Below, one piece after another: positions 11,996 through 25,022 of a stretch of DNA of 64,000 nt. The translations under genes were made by a program, and so were the position numbers. The notes under the pieces are model-generated. The model was given only the letters and a program-made list of their open reading frames with translations, ran no database searches and was not told the DNA's origin. The stretch lies in assembly GCF_030684315.1 (NCBI RefSeq), contig NC_081354.1, positions 66,402,685-66,466,684 on the forward strand. The letters run 5' to 3'. Source of the DNA: Stegostoma tigrinum. Lineage: Eukaryota. The first letter of the stretch is position 1; the number at the start of each line of letters is the position of its first letter.

Positions 11996-13389
11996 TTTTT
12001 TTCATTCTTTGAATTTTATTTGGGAACAATTGACTGCATTGTTTCTTTCCACGTAATTTGTGTGTGATGTATGTATTAACAATGGAAGTTTAATTTGATG
12101 CTCAACACAGACAGTTCGGCCAATGCATTTAACAATGTGATTGTGAAGAAGGTTTCTTTAGGAATAAAGATTCACAAAAATTCAGTGAAGATTCTGTAAA
12201 TATTTTGAGGAACTATGACAAAATAGTATTAGAGAAATTTGCAACCATCATAATGTCAGTGCCGCTGTGTATGCTTCCACATAAAACTGAATCATAGCAA
12301 CTCAATTATACACCATATGGAGCCTCAGACTGTAAAGTAAGTTGAGGAATCAATGTCACACCTTGTCTTTAAGCAAGCTGAGTTTATACCTGAAACAAGT
12401 AATTACATAGAATTAAACACTATTTACAGCACAGCAACAGGTAATTTAGTCCAGAAAAAATCTGTAACCACATTTAATCTTCGCAAGACTCTTCCCATTT
12501 CACTTCAACTTACCTTTCCATAGGACATGCATACTTAGTTACTGTGATTCCGTTGAGACCATTGCGCAGCCTTTCCATTCTTTTGTCAGCACAGTTGACT
12601 GAATTGCGATTGTGCAGTGAGGTTTCCAACTGAAGGTTGCATGAGAAAGAGTTGAAAGTTGGAGTGGGTGGGGAGAGGCTGTTCGTACGCCTCCACTGAA
12701 GAAACCACTTGGCACCCAGGTCCTGCCAACGATTTTCAAATGAAGCTCAAAACTGATGATGGCTTTGGCTTCCTGATGCTAAGCTTTGGACAAAGGTGTC
12801 CATTTTCAGTAGAATTCAAATTGTAATGACATCCATATGACATGATCCTCCCCATCATTAGTTGGCCTCTAAATACAATATTATTTTTAAATTTTATGCC
12901 TACTTACTGTATGGACTCACCACAATAAATCATTGCAACACAATTAGGAATACTAAATAACTGTAGCTATAAAATGATTATTTGAAGTTGAACTTTAATC
13001 CTTTTGAAAAGATTGATGTTGTTTTGGTTATCCATTATCTGCTTATGTCAGTTCCTAATGCAGTGAAATAAGATTGAAACACATAGCTACTTAGTTGTAA
13101 TGAAACTAGAATAATGTAGTCTGGAATGTTTTCATCATAATTGTATTAGTTTTGGAAACTGGATCTTGATAACTATGGCAGAGACTCTGTCATCTTTACT
13201 GGCACAATCAGATTGCTGCAACGCATAGATTAACTTCTGGAGATACACATGATTAATTTTTTTTCATAATCTATGAAGCAAATGTAAGTGTTCTTCTAGA
13301 TATTTATCAAAGGTAGGGTAGATGTATCCTCTATCATTTCTAGTCTAGGTCTAAATTCAGAATGCCCTTCAGCAAAAACAATTATAAAA

Positions 13390-13520
13390 TTCTGCAGAGG
13401 TCAAAAATCTGAAATTAAAACAAGAGTTCTGGGGTTACAAAAATACTCAGGTCTGGTGACACTTGTGGGGAGGGAAAGAATAAACATTTCAAGATGAATA
13501 TGACTTTTGTTCAAAACTGG
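13390..13520 (-). mobile_element. Old Penelope pLTR fragment
   Basis: ctgcagaggtcaaaaatctgaaa..aatactcaggtctggtgac..aaacatttcaag..gacttttgttcaaaact. Confidence 0.4.
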
Positions 13521-14169
13521 GCAGAGATGCGAAAAAGCGATGAGTTTTATACGATAGAAGAAGGAGGGGAGGAGCATGTGAAATGGTATGAAAGATTAAG
13601 GGTAATTTGGAGAGTGAGGGATGTTAGAGAACACAAGTATTTTAAAACAAAAGGAAAAAATTAAAATTGTTTTACACAAGAGAGCTCAATACAGTATGGT
13701 TACTTCATGTTAGATTGGTAGTGTCAAAATGTAGGTCAGCTGTGCTGAAAGCAGAAGCATGAAAACCAGACATTGGGGAGAAGCTGAGAAGACAGGAGGA
13801 AAAATAAATTAGAGACCAAAGTTTGTGGTTTGACCTTTGCCAGCATCAAAGGGCATGAGAAACAAATCCCAAGGAAAAACCGTGTTTGATAAGTCCAAAT
13901 GTTCATTTGAAAGCCGTAAGGAAGAATTTCAGTGGTTGAAATTATTTGTGAAGTATAGACAGCCAATCCTTTTTTTTGATGCAACACAGGAACATTATCC
14001 ACTTTGTTGCAAAGGCACTTGTAGACAACTGGCAAGTGAAACCTAGAACATGAAACGCAGAAGAAGTCAGGATCAATCAGCCTATCTTGTGCAGGCTGTT
14101 GATAGAGTTGAGCAATAGAGTAAGCCTTGCATGGTCAGGAAGGAGAGATCACAGCCAAAGTGAGATATA

Positions 14170-15105
14170 GTCAACACAGTGTGGCGCTGGAGGAGCATAG
14201 CGGGCCAGGCAGCATCAGAGGAGTAGGAAAGTTGATGTTTCGGGTTGGGATCCTTCTTCAGAAATGGGGAGAGGGAAGGGAGCTCAGAAATAAGTAGAAA
14301 GAGGAGGGTTGGGGCTAGGGAAGGGAGGTGGAATGGTGATAGGTCAGTGCAGGTAGGGAGTGTGGTGGGGATTGGTCAGTGAGGTGGGAGGTGTGGATAG
14401 GTGGGAGAAAGATGGACAAGTTGTGTCAGGCCAAGGAAGTGGGGACAAGAGGGAGGGTTAGTCATGGGATGAGGCCAGGAGTGGGGAGATTTTGCAATTG
14501 ATGTAATCCACATTGAGACCATTGCTCCCGAGGCAGAATATGAGATGCTGCTCCTCCAGTTTGCGGGTGGTGTCATTGTGCCACTGGAGGAGGCCCAGGA
14601 TGGACATGTCACCCAGAGAGTGGGACGGGGAGTTAAAATGTGACCAGGAAGGTGTTGTTGTTCATCATGAACAGAGTACAGATGCTCTACAAAGTGGTCT
14701 GTAAGCCTCTGTTTTGTCTCACCAATGTAACGGAGGCTACGTAGAGAGCAGCAGATGCAGTAGACCAAGTTGGAGGATGTACAGGTGAACCCCTGTCTAA
14801 TGTGGAAGGTTTGTTTTGTGCCTTGAATGGAGGTGAAGTGGGGGGCGGTATAGGGACAGGTATAGCACTTCCTGTGGTTGTAGGAAACGGCGCCAGGAAT
14901 GGTGGGATTGGTGGGGAGTATGGAGTCACATACCACCCCACCAACCTCTGCATCCAATGTATCATTCTCTGCCACTTCCACCACCTACAATCTGACCCCA
15001 CAACAAAAGAGATATTTCCCTTTCCACCCCTATCTGTCTTCCAGAGGGACTGCTCTCTCCGCAAATCCCTCGTCCACTCCACACTCCCCCAAAAGCCCCA
15101 CCGCC
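14170..15105 (-). mobile_element. Penelope-like element (GIY-YIG endonuclease + pLTR) with a 5' inversion (~14925-15105 on +)
   Basis: ORF 14376-14984: RKCYTCP..FTCTSSNLVYCICC..YIGETKQRLTDHFVEHL (GIY-YIG); ORF 14802-15140 carries the upstream segment TYHPTNLCIQCIILCHF on the opposite strand; hammerhead-like CTGAAGA..GAAACATC at 14234-14261 (-). Confidence 0.9.
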
Positions 15106-15119
15106 CATGGCACCGAGGA

Positions 15120-15760
15120 CATTGTTGCTCAGTTTGCTGATAATGCAAAGGTAGGTGGAAGATCAGGTGATGTTGAGGAATTGGGGAGACTGCAGAAGGA
15201 CTTGGACAGGCTGAGATAATGGGCACAGAAGTGGCTAATGGAACACTTGTCAGTAAATGTGAGGTTATACACTTCACTAGAAGAGAGGCGTAAAGTATTT
15301 TCTGAATGGGAAAGGATTCAGAAGCCTGAAGCACCAAGAGACTCTGGATTCTCTTAATGTTACCATTCAGTTTCAAATGGCAATTAGGAAGGCCAGTGCA
15401 AGGTTAGAATTCATTTTGAGAGGGCTAAAATACAACAGTGTGGCTTTTTAAGGCTCTGATCAGACGTAAATTTTGGATATTGTGAGCAGTTTTGGACCCT
15501 GTAACCAAGGATGGATGTGCTGGCCTTGGATGGGGTCCAGAGAAGATAAATCTGTGAAACTCATTGGCATAGAAGGCTGTGGAAGCCAAGTAATTGTCTT
15601 TAAGACCAAGATAGGTTCTGATTAAGGAAGGCGATCAATAGTTATGGGTAGAAGGCCAGATAGGTTTCTCAACCGCACTATCAACCATGATCAAATGGTG
15701 GAGCAGATTTGATGGGTTGAATGCCCGAATTCTGCTGCTGTTATCTTATGGTCTTGTTAA
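15120..15760 (+). mobile_element. CR1 3' fragment with an internal deletion
   Basis: VAQFADNAKVGG...LQKDLDRL, then CR1 3'UTR ending tcttatggtctt. Confidence 0.85.
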
Positions 15761-16479
15761 CATCCCTGATTACATACCAGGTAAAAGTAGAAGCAAAAAA
15801 GCAACAGCTAAAATGATCTGGTTAATCCCAACGAACTGAAATGGTCTAAGTATTGTTTGATCATTTTACCTATAGCTCACAATTGTAATAGACAGGGAAC
15901 TTAACTTATAGTTTCCAACTTTCTGGCCTGAAGTGACTTATTTTGTTGTAAAGAATACACTGGTTTCCTTGCTCAGAGTCATTGGGACCACACAATCACT
16001 CATGTCCAGGAGGATTGTAAACTATTCCTCCTTCCCCTACATCTGCACAATCCCCACTCCCAACCAATTGAAAGCCAAGGCACAAATCCGGAAATAATAT
16101 GAATGGTGTTTGTCTGTATCTCTCCACCAAGTTCATCTGCAAGTTCCAGTCAATCATTCCAGAGTTTACAATAACAGGGATAGATTACATACTCGGGAAT
16201 GACCTAGCTGGCCAGCAAGCAAACTCTGAAAGCTTGGGTTAGACCAGCATCCCAAGAAATATTGCTTAATCATAGAGATTTATGGCGGTCAGTCCAGTTC
16301 ATTACGAAGGGAATATAAAGAAAACAGTACACTCAGTAAATTAAGGGGTAGAAAGGGACTCCTTTAGGACAAGGAATCTTGATTGACCTCCACGAAGAGC
16401 AAGTCAATGCCCTGAAATGAGTTGTGTCAGTGAGGTCTTGCAGAGGTGTAGAAAACTGAGCAAAGTTCAGAAATCATCG

Positions 16480-16755
16480 TGGCAGGCTTCTTAGACAGGT
16501 GTTGAAGGGTGTAGGCCTGAAGTGAAAATGGCAGACTCTTCTCCTCAGAGTTAATGTAAATGGGAGCCAGGAACCAGGTCCCTGTTATTGACAGGCAGAC
16601 TGTGAACATATTCAATGCTGAGATAGTTTTATTCAGTGAGGGAATTAAGAGATGTGAGGAAAAGGCAGCAGAGTGAAGTTGAGGATTAACAGCTCAGCCA
16701 TGGCTGGATAGCTTACTACTGCTCCTACATCCTACAACCTTACGGTCTTATGATC
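16480..16755 (+). mobile_element. CR1 3' fragment
   Basis: ttctcctcagagttaatg..atattcaatgctgagatag..tcctacaaccttacggtcttatg tail. Confidence 0.65.
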
Positions 16756-17514
16756 AAACCGTACCTCACGGTCTCAGTCTTTAAATGGGGAAAATGAGGT
16801 TTAAGTTCACCTTATTTAACCATTACTCATGCTTGAACTTGAAGCTTATTTCCAGGGTTGATCAACCGAAATAAGCCAAAATAATAAAAAATAGTACATA
16901 AGTTAAACCAGAATCCAAATTTTTAAAACCTGCTTGAATCTTTCAACCTGATTCAAAGAGGCAAAAAAACAGTGGGTAAAATAATTTGTAAGCAAAAGAC
17001 AGAATTGAAGGCCAACTTTTTTTTTTGATCTTACATTAGAACGATGGCCATTGATACAAAGGTATTTCTGGAGCAATGACATCTGACAAATTAAACATTG
17101 ACATTTCGGATTCCAGGTAAAAATGTAGTCAGGGACTAATATGGTGCCTGAAGAGTGGTAGCTCCTACTTTGGTCAGTCTGATGCAGGCAGCTGTGAGAC
17201 CATGGAGGACAGGTGGCAATGCAGGAGTCATTGGTGAGCTGGCTTGGGACTTTCCTTTAGTTATATCTTTCATTCTTTTTATTCTTAAACTATACAAAAT
17301 GGGACAGATTGTGCTTTTGCAGCTTTTCCCTGTGTTTTACTGTATTATTCACTGCAAAATGCAAATGACAATAAATCTTTCCTTCTGTTCTTATCTATGA
17401 CATGTTTGATTTCTGACCTCCTTCATCGTCTGATGTTCCTCTAACCTTCTGTTCTGTTCTACTGACTCTTCTCCACCTTTTTCTACAGTAAACAAAACCA
17501 CTTCTCGACCTCCC

Positions 17515-17640
17515 TTCAGTTCTAAAAAAGAATCTTTTTTTAAAAAAAGTGCTCAAAACATTAAATCTGTTTCTTTCCACATAGATACTATCAGCGCTGC
17601 TCAGTTTCTCCAGTATTTTGATAAAACAGAAACAAAAACA
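17515..17640 (+). mobile_element. Old Penelope pLTR fragment
   Basis: cagttctaaaaaag..ctcaaaacattaaatctgtttctttccacatagat..gctcagtttctccag. Confidence 0.45.
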
Positions 17641-17809
17641 CAATCTCACAATTTCTCTGTATTATGATTTTGAGCCATTCCTGTACTGAGGCAACCCATG
17701 AATCTTGTATTTCCAAACTGATTGTGCTCCACTGTTGTAAGTTACTTAGATAAATAATGCTTCATAAACACAAAGGTTTTTTGGATAGTCAGCAAAAGGT
17801 TGAAAGGGC

Positions 17810-18140
17810 ACAAGACCATAAGAAATAGGAACCGAGGTAAGCCATTTGGCCTGCTTTTTTGAGCCTGCTCTGCCATTCAATATGATCATGGCTAATCCAG
17901 CATTCCTCACATTCACTTCCCTGCCTTCGCCTCATAATCTTTGATTCCCCTACTTGTCAAGTACCTATCTATCTCAGCCTTGAACATACAACAGGACTCT
18001 GCTCCCACAGCTCTCTATGGAGTTCCAAAGACACACAACCCTCTGAGAAAAGAAATTCCTCTTCAACCCAGTCTTAAATTTGCATTCATTTATTCTGAGG
18101 CTACACCCTCATGAGGGAAAACACGCTTTCAGCATTTATA
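17810..18140 (-). mobile_element. CR1 3' fragment
   Basis: cacaagaccataagaaataggaaccgaggtaagccatt is the reverse CR1 tail; ctgagaaaagaaattcctc corresponds to RNFFSQR. Confidence 0.8.
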
Positions 18141-18340
18141 ACAGGTATGTTGCTGAAATGTGACATTGGTTGTAAAAATTAGATTTGTCCAGAGCCTATA
18201 TCAGAATAAATAGCAAGCATTGGGTTAGAGGAAGGACAATCATAACATGTTTCAATTGAAGCAGGGAGTGCAACAAGGCTATTTTGTGTTATGTCTTATC
18301 TATGTAAGTATACCTATAAGAGACAGGCTCATGATATCAT

Positions 18341-18468
18341 GAGCCTGAAGAAGGGTCCAGGGCCAAAACATCAGCCTTCCTGCACCTCTGATGCTGCTTG
18401 GCCTGCTGTGTTCATCCAGCTCTACACCTTGTCATCCCAGATTCCTCAGCATCTGCAGTTCCTACTAT
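18341..18468 (+). mobile_element. Solo Penelope pLTR mini-element with a degenerate hammerhead and 13-bp TSD
   Basis: TSD ctcatgatatcat at 18328-18340 and 18469-18481; begins gagcCTGAAGAagggtccagggccAAAACATC. Confidence 0.85.
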
Positions 18469-19641
18469 CTCATGATATCATCACTTAGTCATCCATTTTT
18501 GGTGATTAAATAGCTTAATGCTAGTGCAGACATATATGTGCCCACGAATGTAAAGTTATATATAATAGTTGGCTGTTCGATTCATAAATATCAAATGGCC
18601 AAACCCAGTTTCTTACCTTACAATAAGTGAGACAAGCAGTACCACACCAGGTAAAACACCCTGCCAGAGGAAAGATCATTTCATGGCAGCAGTTATAGCC
18701 ACCTATGATAAAGACTGCCAGATATTTGGAAAATAAATTGAAGACCAGCCAAGAACAGCTTTGGATATCAGAAAATACGATCAACAACACCAATTTCTAT
18801 TATATGAATAGCCGTGCACAACTGTGTTTAGAGCGTTGACCAGCATGCAGACAAACCTCATTGATGTCAATACAATTTCTTTCAAGATTCAGTAAGTTTA
18901 CGAGAGAGCCAATTAAAATGAAAAAGGTTGATCTTACAGTGAAATTAAAATGTACTCTATCTCTGTCACCTTTTATCTGAAAGAAAAAAGAGACAGCTGA
19001 TCCAGGTTTTTGACAAAGACAGTTAAATAGTCCTGAACACAGATCTGAAATCTACCCCATTGAAGAAAATGCGGCTTAAAATCACTTGAAAACAATTGGT
19101 TTCTACATTTAAAAGCTTCATCCATTCCCAACTTTGGCCAATTCCAGTTTTGTTTTAAAAATCAGCACAAAAATATAGAAACCATCATTCCTTTGGAAAG
19201 CAAATGCTACCAACAGGCAGAAACCCTGCTACCACGAGATTGTAATTCTTAAAAGAGATGCAACATAGAGAATATAAATAAATACAGAAGAATAAAAGGG
19301 GTAAAAATATATCTTCCTCCTTAATTAAATGGAAGGACCCACAGCCAAATGGAAGGCAAACATTAAAGTATGAATTGGACTTACCATGACACCTTTATTA
19401 GTTCAGCTATGCTTACAATGTGTGAAGATGAAACATGAGGTGATTCTAAGAGCTATGAAAGTCTTGCTTGCCATCAGTGAGGAGGGGCTTCACAGAATTT
19501 AAAAAAATGGTCTTTTCCTGAATAATCAGAAAGACACAAAAAGATTTGCAATGTTCTTGAAGGCAAGCTCAGGGTAAGAATTAAAGATTAAAATATTCAA
19601 GCTCATCTCATAGAGGAGCAGCCCCAAGTGTGTACTGACAA

Positions 19642-20740
19642 TGGGTCAGTGGGTTGAAGGGTAGCAGATGGAATTTAATTTGGATACATATGAGATATTG
19701 CATTTTACTGAAACAAATAAAAGCAAGACCTTTTCAATTGAAAGTAGAGCATTGGGTAGTATTGTAGAACAAAGACCTAGGAGTTCAGGTATGTAATTCG
19801 TTCCTTTTGCATTACATATAAATAAGGTGGTTGCCTTCATTGCTCAGACCTACGAGTAGAGGAGTTGAGATGTTATATTAAGGTTATGCAGGATGTCGGT
19901 GAGGTGTCTTCTGGAATATCGTGTGCGGCTCTGGTCATCCTCTTATAGGAAAGATATGATTGAGCTGCAGAGGGTTCCAGGATGTTGCCAGGAATGGAGG
20001 GGTTGAGCAATGAAGAGAGGCTGGATAGCCTGCAACTTTTTTCACTGCAGCATAGAAGCTTGAGGGGTGACATTATAGAATAATGAGGGGTATAGTTAAG
20101 GTGAATAGCAGATATCTTTTCCCTAGGGTGAGGCATTTCAAAACTACGAGGTTTTTTTAAGGGGACAGGAGAAAGATTTTAAAAAGACATGAGGGGCCAT
20201 GAGGAATGAACTACCAGAGAAAGTAGTGGATGTGGGTGTCATAGAATCCCTACAGAGTGGAAATGGGCCATTTGGCTCAACGAGTCCACACCAACTCTCT
20301 GAGGAACATCCTATCCAGACTCACTGCCGTACCCTATCCCTGCATTTCCCATGGCTAACCCACCTGACTACACATCCCTGGACACTATGGACAATTTAGC
20401 ATGGTCAATCCATCTAACCTACACACCTTTTGCACAGTGGGAGGAAACCGGAGCACCCAGAGGAAACCTGCAGCAACATGGCGAGAATGTGCAAACTCCA
20501 CACAGACACTCACCCGAGTCTGGATTTGAATCTGGGTCCTTGGTGCTTTGAGGCGGCAGTGCTAACCACTGAGCTACCGTGCTAGGTACTGGTATAACAT
20601 TTAAAAGACATTTAGATAAGTACATGAATAAGAAATATTTGGCAGGATATGGGACGGGCGCAGGTAAGTGCGACAAGTTTAGTTCGGGATCATAGTCAGC
20701 ATGGAATGAAATGGAAGGGTCTGTTTCGGTGCTGTATGAC
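19642..20740 (+). mobile_element. CR1 3' fragment inserted in Gypsy gag, itself interrupted by HE1
   Basis: QMEFN..YEILHF, LEYRVRLWSS and RMLPGMEG motifs; tail ctgtatgac; tgaca on both sides (possible short TSD). Confidence 0.85.
20238..20583 (-). mobile_element. HE1 SINE nested in CR1
   Basis: Head gcacggtagctcagtggttagcactgcc on the minus strand, V-domain and tail; the CR1 resumes at ~20586. Confidence 0.92.
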
Positions 20741-20788
20741 AGTTTTTCGAAAGTACTACGGCAAAAATGCGTGAATGCCACTTTGATG

Positions 20789-21087
20789 AGATTAGATTAG
20801 ATTAGATTCCCTACAGTGTGGAAACAGGCCTTCGGCCCAACAAGTCCACACCTCCCCTTGATATATCCCACCCAGACCCATTCCCCCTATAACCCACACA
20901 CTCCTGAACACTACAGGCAATTTAGCATGGCCAATCCACCTAGCCTGCACATCTTTGGATTGTGGGAGGAAACCGGAGCACCCGGAGGAAATCCACGCAA
21001 ACACAGGGAAAACGTGCAAACTCCACACGGACAGTCACCTGAGGCTGGAATCGAACCCGGATCCCTGGTGCTGTGAGGCTGCAGTGC
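20789..21087 (-). mobile_element. HE1 SINE, 5'-truncated, with (CTAAT)n tail
   Basis: (attag)n at 20791-20808; V-domain; B-box ggttcgattcc on the minus strand. Confidence 0.93.
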
Positions 21088-22264
21088 AGAACTATCAAAA
21101 AGTCTTATTGATTTGTTTATCACCTCCATGTCAAGTGAAGCTTTTAGGAAGGACCACTGAGTCAAGAAGAAAAGAGCAATGTCATTGATGAGTTACTTGA
21201 GATACGATGCAAGGATGAATCCATATGGCAGAACCAACAATAATTACATGTTTTAGGTAGAGTCAATACTGCTGCTATAGTCAACAAAGTGTACCAAACC
21301 ATATTAACCTCAAATAGCTGTGGTTTGTTGCACTGATCCAGAACCTGTCCAGCTTGATATTATAAAGCATATGGCACCAAAGAACATTGGCAACATTGGC
21401 CACACACGTGCAGGAAATCTGGTTCTAAAGGCCAAGTTGGATCCAAAACAGACCTCCAGTGAATAACATGACAGTACACTACCACAACACAGGCAACAAC
21501 GACAGTGTTTAGAATGTGTGCAAATGCAAACACATCTATAAGGTGAAAAGTCAACCAAGCAAAAGACTGAATTTCAGAAGATGACCAAGTCTTTTCTCAT
21601 ATAGTAGACATTACACAATATGCTGGTGATGTAATGCAATGAAAGATTTTTACAACTATTAGTATCATATGGTCTTAAAGGGCAGCGCAACATGCACTGT
21701 AAGCTAAAATTAATACAGGAGCTGGTATCAAAATATTAGCATGAAGCAATTTGCAAGACATATACCTCAACAGGTGGGCCTTCATGTTACTGTCTATGAG
21801 AGACCTTTCCAAGGTATATAATGGGACACCGGTTTGGCAGAATCCCATCACAGTGCTGGTATACAAGCTTATTTTGTATTCCCAAAACCTTTTACCTAGT
21901 AGATGCCAAAGGTCCAGCAATGGAAGGGCTACCAGCATGCACAGATTTCCATACAGTCACAATCATGAACTTCAAACCACACCTCCTGATGCAGAGCAAA
22001 TCAATCAAATCAGTCAACAATTTCCAAAAATAACACTTCAAAGTGAGATGCAGGCTAGATACCAGGATGATTATATCATATACTCCGAGCAGATGACCTA
22101 ACCCACACAAAGGCCGAGATACTGCTCTTAATTGACATGTTAATGCTGTAGGCTATGAAGCTGAAGGTGTTCTCATGGTTGATCTGTTATACCTTGGCAG
22201 AGCCAGTGTGAACAGTTGCAATCAACAACTGTCAAAGATGAGGAACGTCCAAGAGTAGCAAAGA

Positions 22265-22895
22265 TGATTTTTTTTTGCCTCAATGCAGTTGTGGGACATG
22301 GACATCACTGGCTGGCCAGCATTTTTGCCTGGCCCTTGTTTCACTTGAGCAGACAGTGGTGCTGTGCCTTCTTGAACTGTGGTAGTCCATTTGCTTTGGT
22401 AGAGACACAATGCCCTTAGGGAGGGAGTTCTAGAATTAAGACACAGCAATAGAGATGGAATGGCGATATATTTCCACATCAGTACAGTGAGTGACTTGGA
22501 ATAGAACCTGCAGATAGTGGTGTTCCTCTGTATCTGCTGCCCTTGTCCTTCTAGATGGAAGTGGTAATGGTTTGGAAGCTGTTGTCTAAGAATCTTTGGT
22601 GAATTTCTGCAGTGCGTACTGATCTTATAGTGTTGGAAATGGGTTTAGTAAATGTTTGGATGTCATGCTAGTAAAGCATGCTGCTTTGTCCTGGATGGTG
22701 TCAAGAATCTTCAGTGTTGTTGAAGCGGCATTCATCCAGGCAAGTGGAGAATATTCCATCACGCTCCGGACTTGAGTTACTCGCTGCAGTATTCCTAGAC
22801 TCTGACCTGTTCTTGTAGCCATTGTATTTATGTCGCGAGTCTAGTTGAGTTATTGATCAATGGTAACCCCCAGGATGTTGATAATTGGGATTTTT
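22265..22895 (-). mobile_element. L2-like LINE 3' fragment inserted in the Gypsy element
   Basis: ORF 22625-22822 QVRSVMEYSPLAWMNAASTTLKILDTIQDKAA; A-rich tail at ~22268. Confidence 0.8.
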
Positions 22896-23944
22896 AATTA
22901 CTCATGGGCCGATCGCATAAAAGAAGCACTTGAGAACATTTATTTTGTTCACTCCGGCACAAACCTGGGAGATTATAATCACAATCAAGTCCTCATACCA
23001 AAAGCATTTTGCCAAGATATCAAAACTGTGCTACATCAGCAATACTCTGATATTGAACATGCGCACAATCACTTGCAGATAACCTGTGACCAGAGATGAA
23101 TCAGGATAATAAACGATTCATGAATGTATGTGATTCCTACCCAACATATCAACCATGGCAGCAGAGGGAGTGTCACCATCTGCACAACGTTCTATTCTCT
23201 GCTTGGATGAAAGTAGCAGCAGATCTATTCACAGCGCAAAAGAAAATTGCATCTTTGTGATGGATTACTTTCATTTTATTATTTTCCATTCATCTGGCAT
23301 CTAGAATAGATAGCGTCTGACAACAGGCTGCAGTTCACTGAGGAACCATTTCAACAATTTGTACTGGGTGGGGAATGACCCATATCACATTCCTACCCCA
23401 CTATCCACACTTGACTAGTATAGCAGAACATATGATATGTACTATAGAATCTATATCAAGTGTCAAGGAAACAAAAAACCAGATTATCCCATCGGATTAC
23501 TGCAATGTTTTGCTTATCCATAATTGAGAAGGGATTATCACTCTGAGCACAATTTATGCTTGGAAGGCAAACACAAATGCAAATAATCTTGCCCAGCAAC
23601 TAACAGGCAGGGCATTCTTCCCCAGAGACAGAGGAGTGTTAAAGAGATATGTGATGAGTGAGCAAGTAGAGAGGTACCAAAACTGCACGCTAGACAGAGA
23701 GTATGTGTTTAAAATCCAAATAGAAATGCTTGGACACGAGCCAATGTTTCTGAAATATGCAATCACCTCTGATAGTAAGATGCCATTACTGATCATGATG
23801 CTACATGGCAAAAGAACAAAAGCCAGATCAGACAGCAAACCAAGCGTGAAGAAGAAATTTCATGACAGTAGTTACAAGCAGCAGCAGGAGTCTGTGCTTA
23901 ATCGATACTTTTGGCTTCCCTGAGTTGGTTCCTGATTTGGTTGA

Positions 23945-24375
23945 GAACATTGTCCTTAAACGAATGGCTGAGTTAATTGGGCCTGTATTCTCTAGAGTTT
24001 GGAAGAATGTAAAACAATCTCATTGAGACCTATGAGTTGGAAGGGGCTTTATAGACTGAAAGACAGATTCCCAAATGTTGGAAACAAACATGCTAGGTCA
24101 CTGTCTCTGGATAAGAGGCTGATCATTTAGGATTGAGATGAGGAAAAAATACTTCATTCAAAAGGTTGTGAATCTTTTGAACTCTCTACCTGGTTGGAAT
24201 CTAGATGTTTCATCACTGAATGCATTTAAGAACGGAAATTAGTTTGATCTCTTTGACAATCAAACGATATGGATGCATGTGGAGTTGAAGCTTTAAAAAA
24301 CAACTATGCTAGTATAGCATCATGGCTGAGAGTGGAAGATGGACCAATTAGAGAATTGTACCCTCCTTCTAAAGG
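23945..24375 (+). mobile_element. Old CR1 3' fragment
   Basis: ttgggcctgtattctctagagtttggaagaatg (LGLYSLEFGRM); gagatgaggaaaaaatacttcattcaaaaggttgtgaatc. Confidence 0.75.
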
Positions 24376-24467
24376 CTAATGTGGGAGGGTAATAAATGCT
24401 GGTGTTGCTCACGACTATCACAATCTAATAACGCATTCTTCAAAAAAAACTTAGAAAAGTTGCATGC

Positions 24468-25022
24468 TGCAACTGTACAAAAGCTAGTGTGGCCTCATTT
24501 GGAATATTGCGTGCAGTTTTGGTCGCCCCATTACAGGAAGGATGTGGAAGCATTGGAGAAGGTGCAGAGGAGATTTACCAGGATGTTGCCTGGTCTGGAG
24601 CACAAGCCCTATGAAGAAAGGCTGAGGGACTTAGGTCTGTTCTCATTGGAGAGAAGGAGGATAAGAGGGGATTTAATAGAGACATACAAGATGATCAGAG
24701 CATTAGATAGGGTGGACAGTGAGAGTCTTTTTCCAAGGATGATGACTTCAGCTTGTACAAGGGGGCATAGCTACAAATTGAGCGGTGATATATTTAAGAC
24801 AGATATCAGAGGCAGGTTCTTTACTCAGAGAGTGGTAAGGGCGTGGAACGCCCTGCCTGCCAATGTAGTTAGCTCAGCCACATTAGGGGCATTTAAACAG
24901 TCCTTGGATAAGCACATGGATGATGATGGGACAGTGTGGGGGAGGGGGTTAGATTAGTTGACAGGTCAGTGCAACATCGAGGGCCCGTTCTGCACTGTAT
25001 TTTTCTATGTTCTATGTTCTAA
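24468..25022 (+). mobile_element. Young CR1 3' fragment with an open ORF2 C-terminus
   Basis: ORF 24379-24957 PHLEYCVQFWSPHYRKDVEALEKVQRRFTRMLPG...GRFFTQRVVRAWN; (ttctatg)n tail. Confidence 0.95.

Larger units (their letters stand above)
19330..23870 (+). mobile_element. Degraded Ty3/Gypsy LTR retrotransposon internal region (gag, zinc knuckle, protease, RNase H end, integrase), split by nested insertions; RT apparently deleted
   Basis: gag KVLLAISEEGLHR (~19458) and ECHFDE|AELSKSLIDLFI; CCHC remnant ~21345-21418; protease AKINTGAG at 21703-21726 and FYLVDAKGPAMEGLPAC; integrase zinc region NQVLIPKAFCQDIKTVLHQ (ORF 22860-23099). Confidence 0.7.

Noticed and set aside
18617-18660. Minus-strand 44-nt exon candidate
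   Set aside because: Good splice signals but no partner exons or recognisable peptide; such matches are expected by chance in 64 kb.
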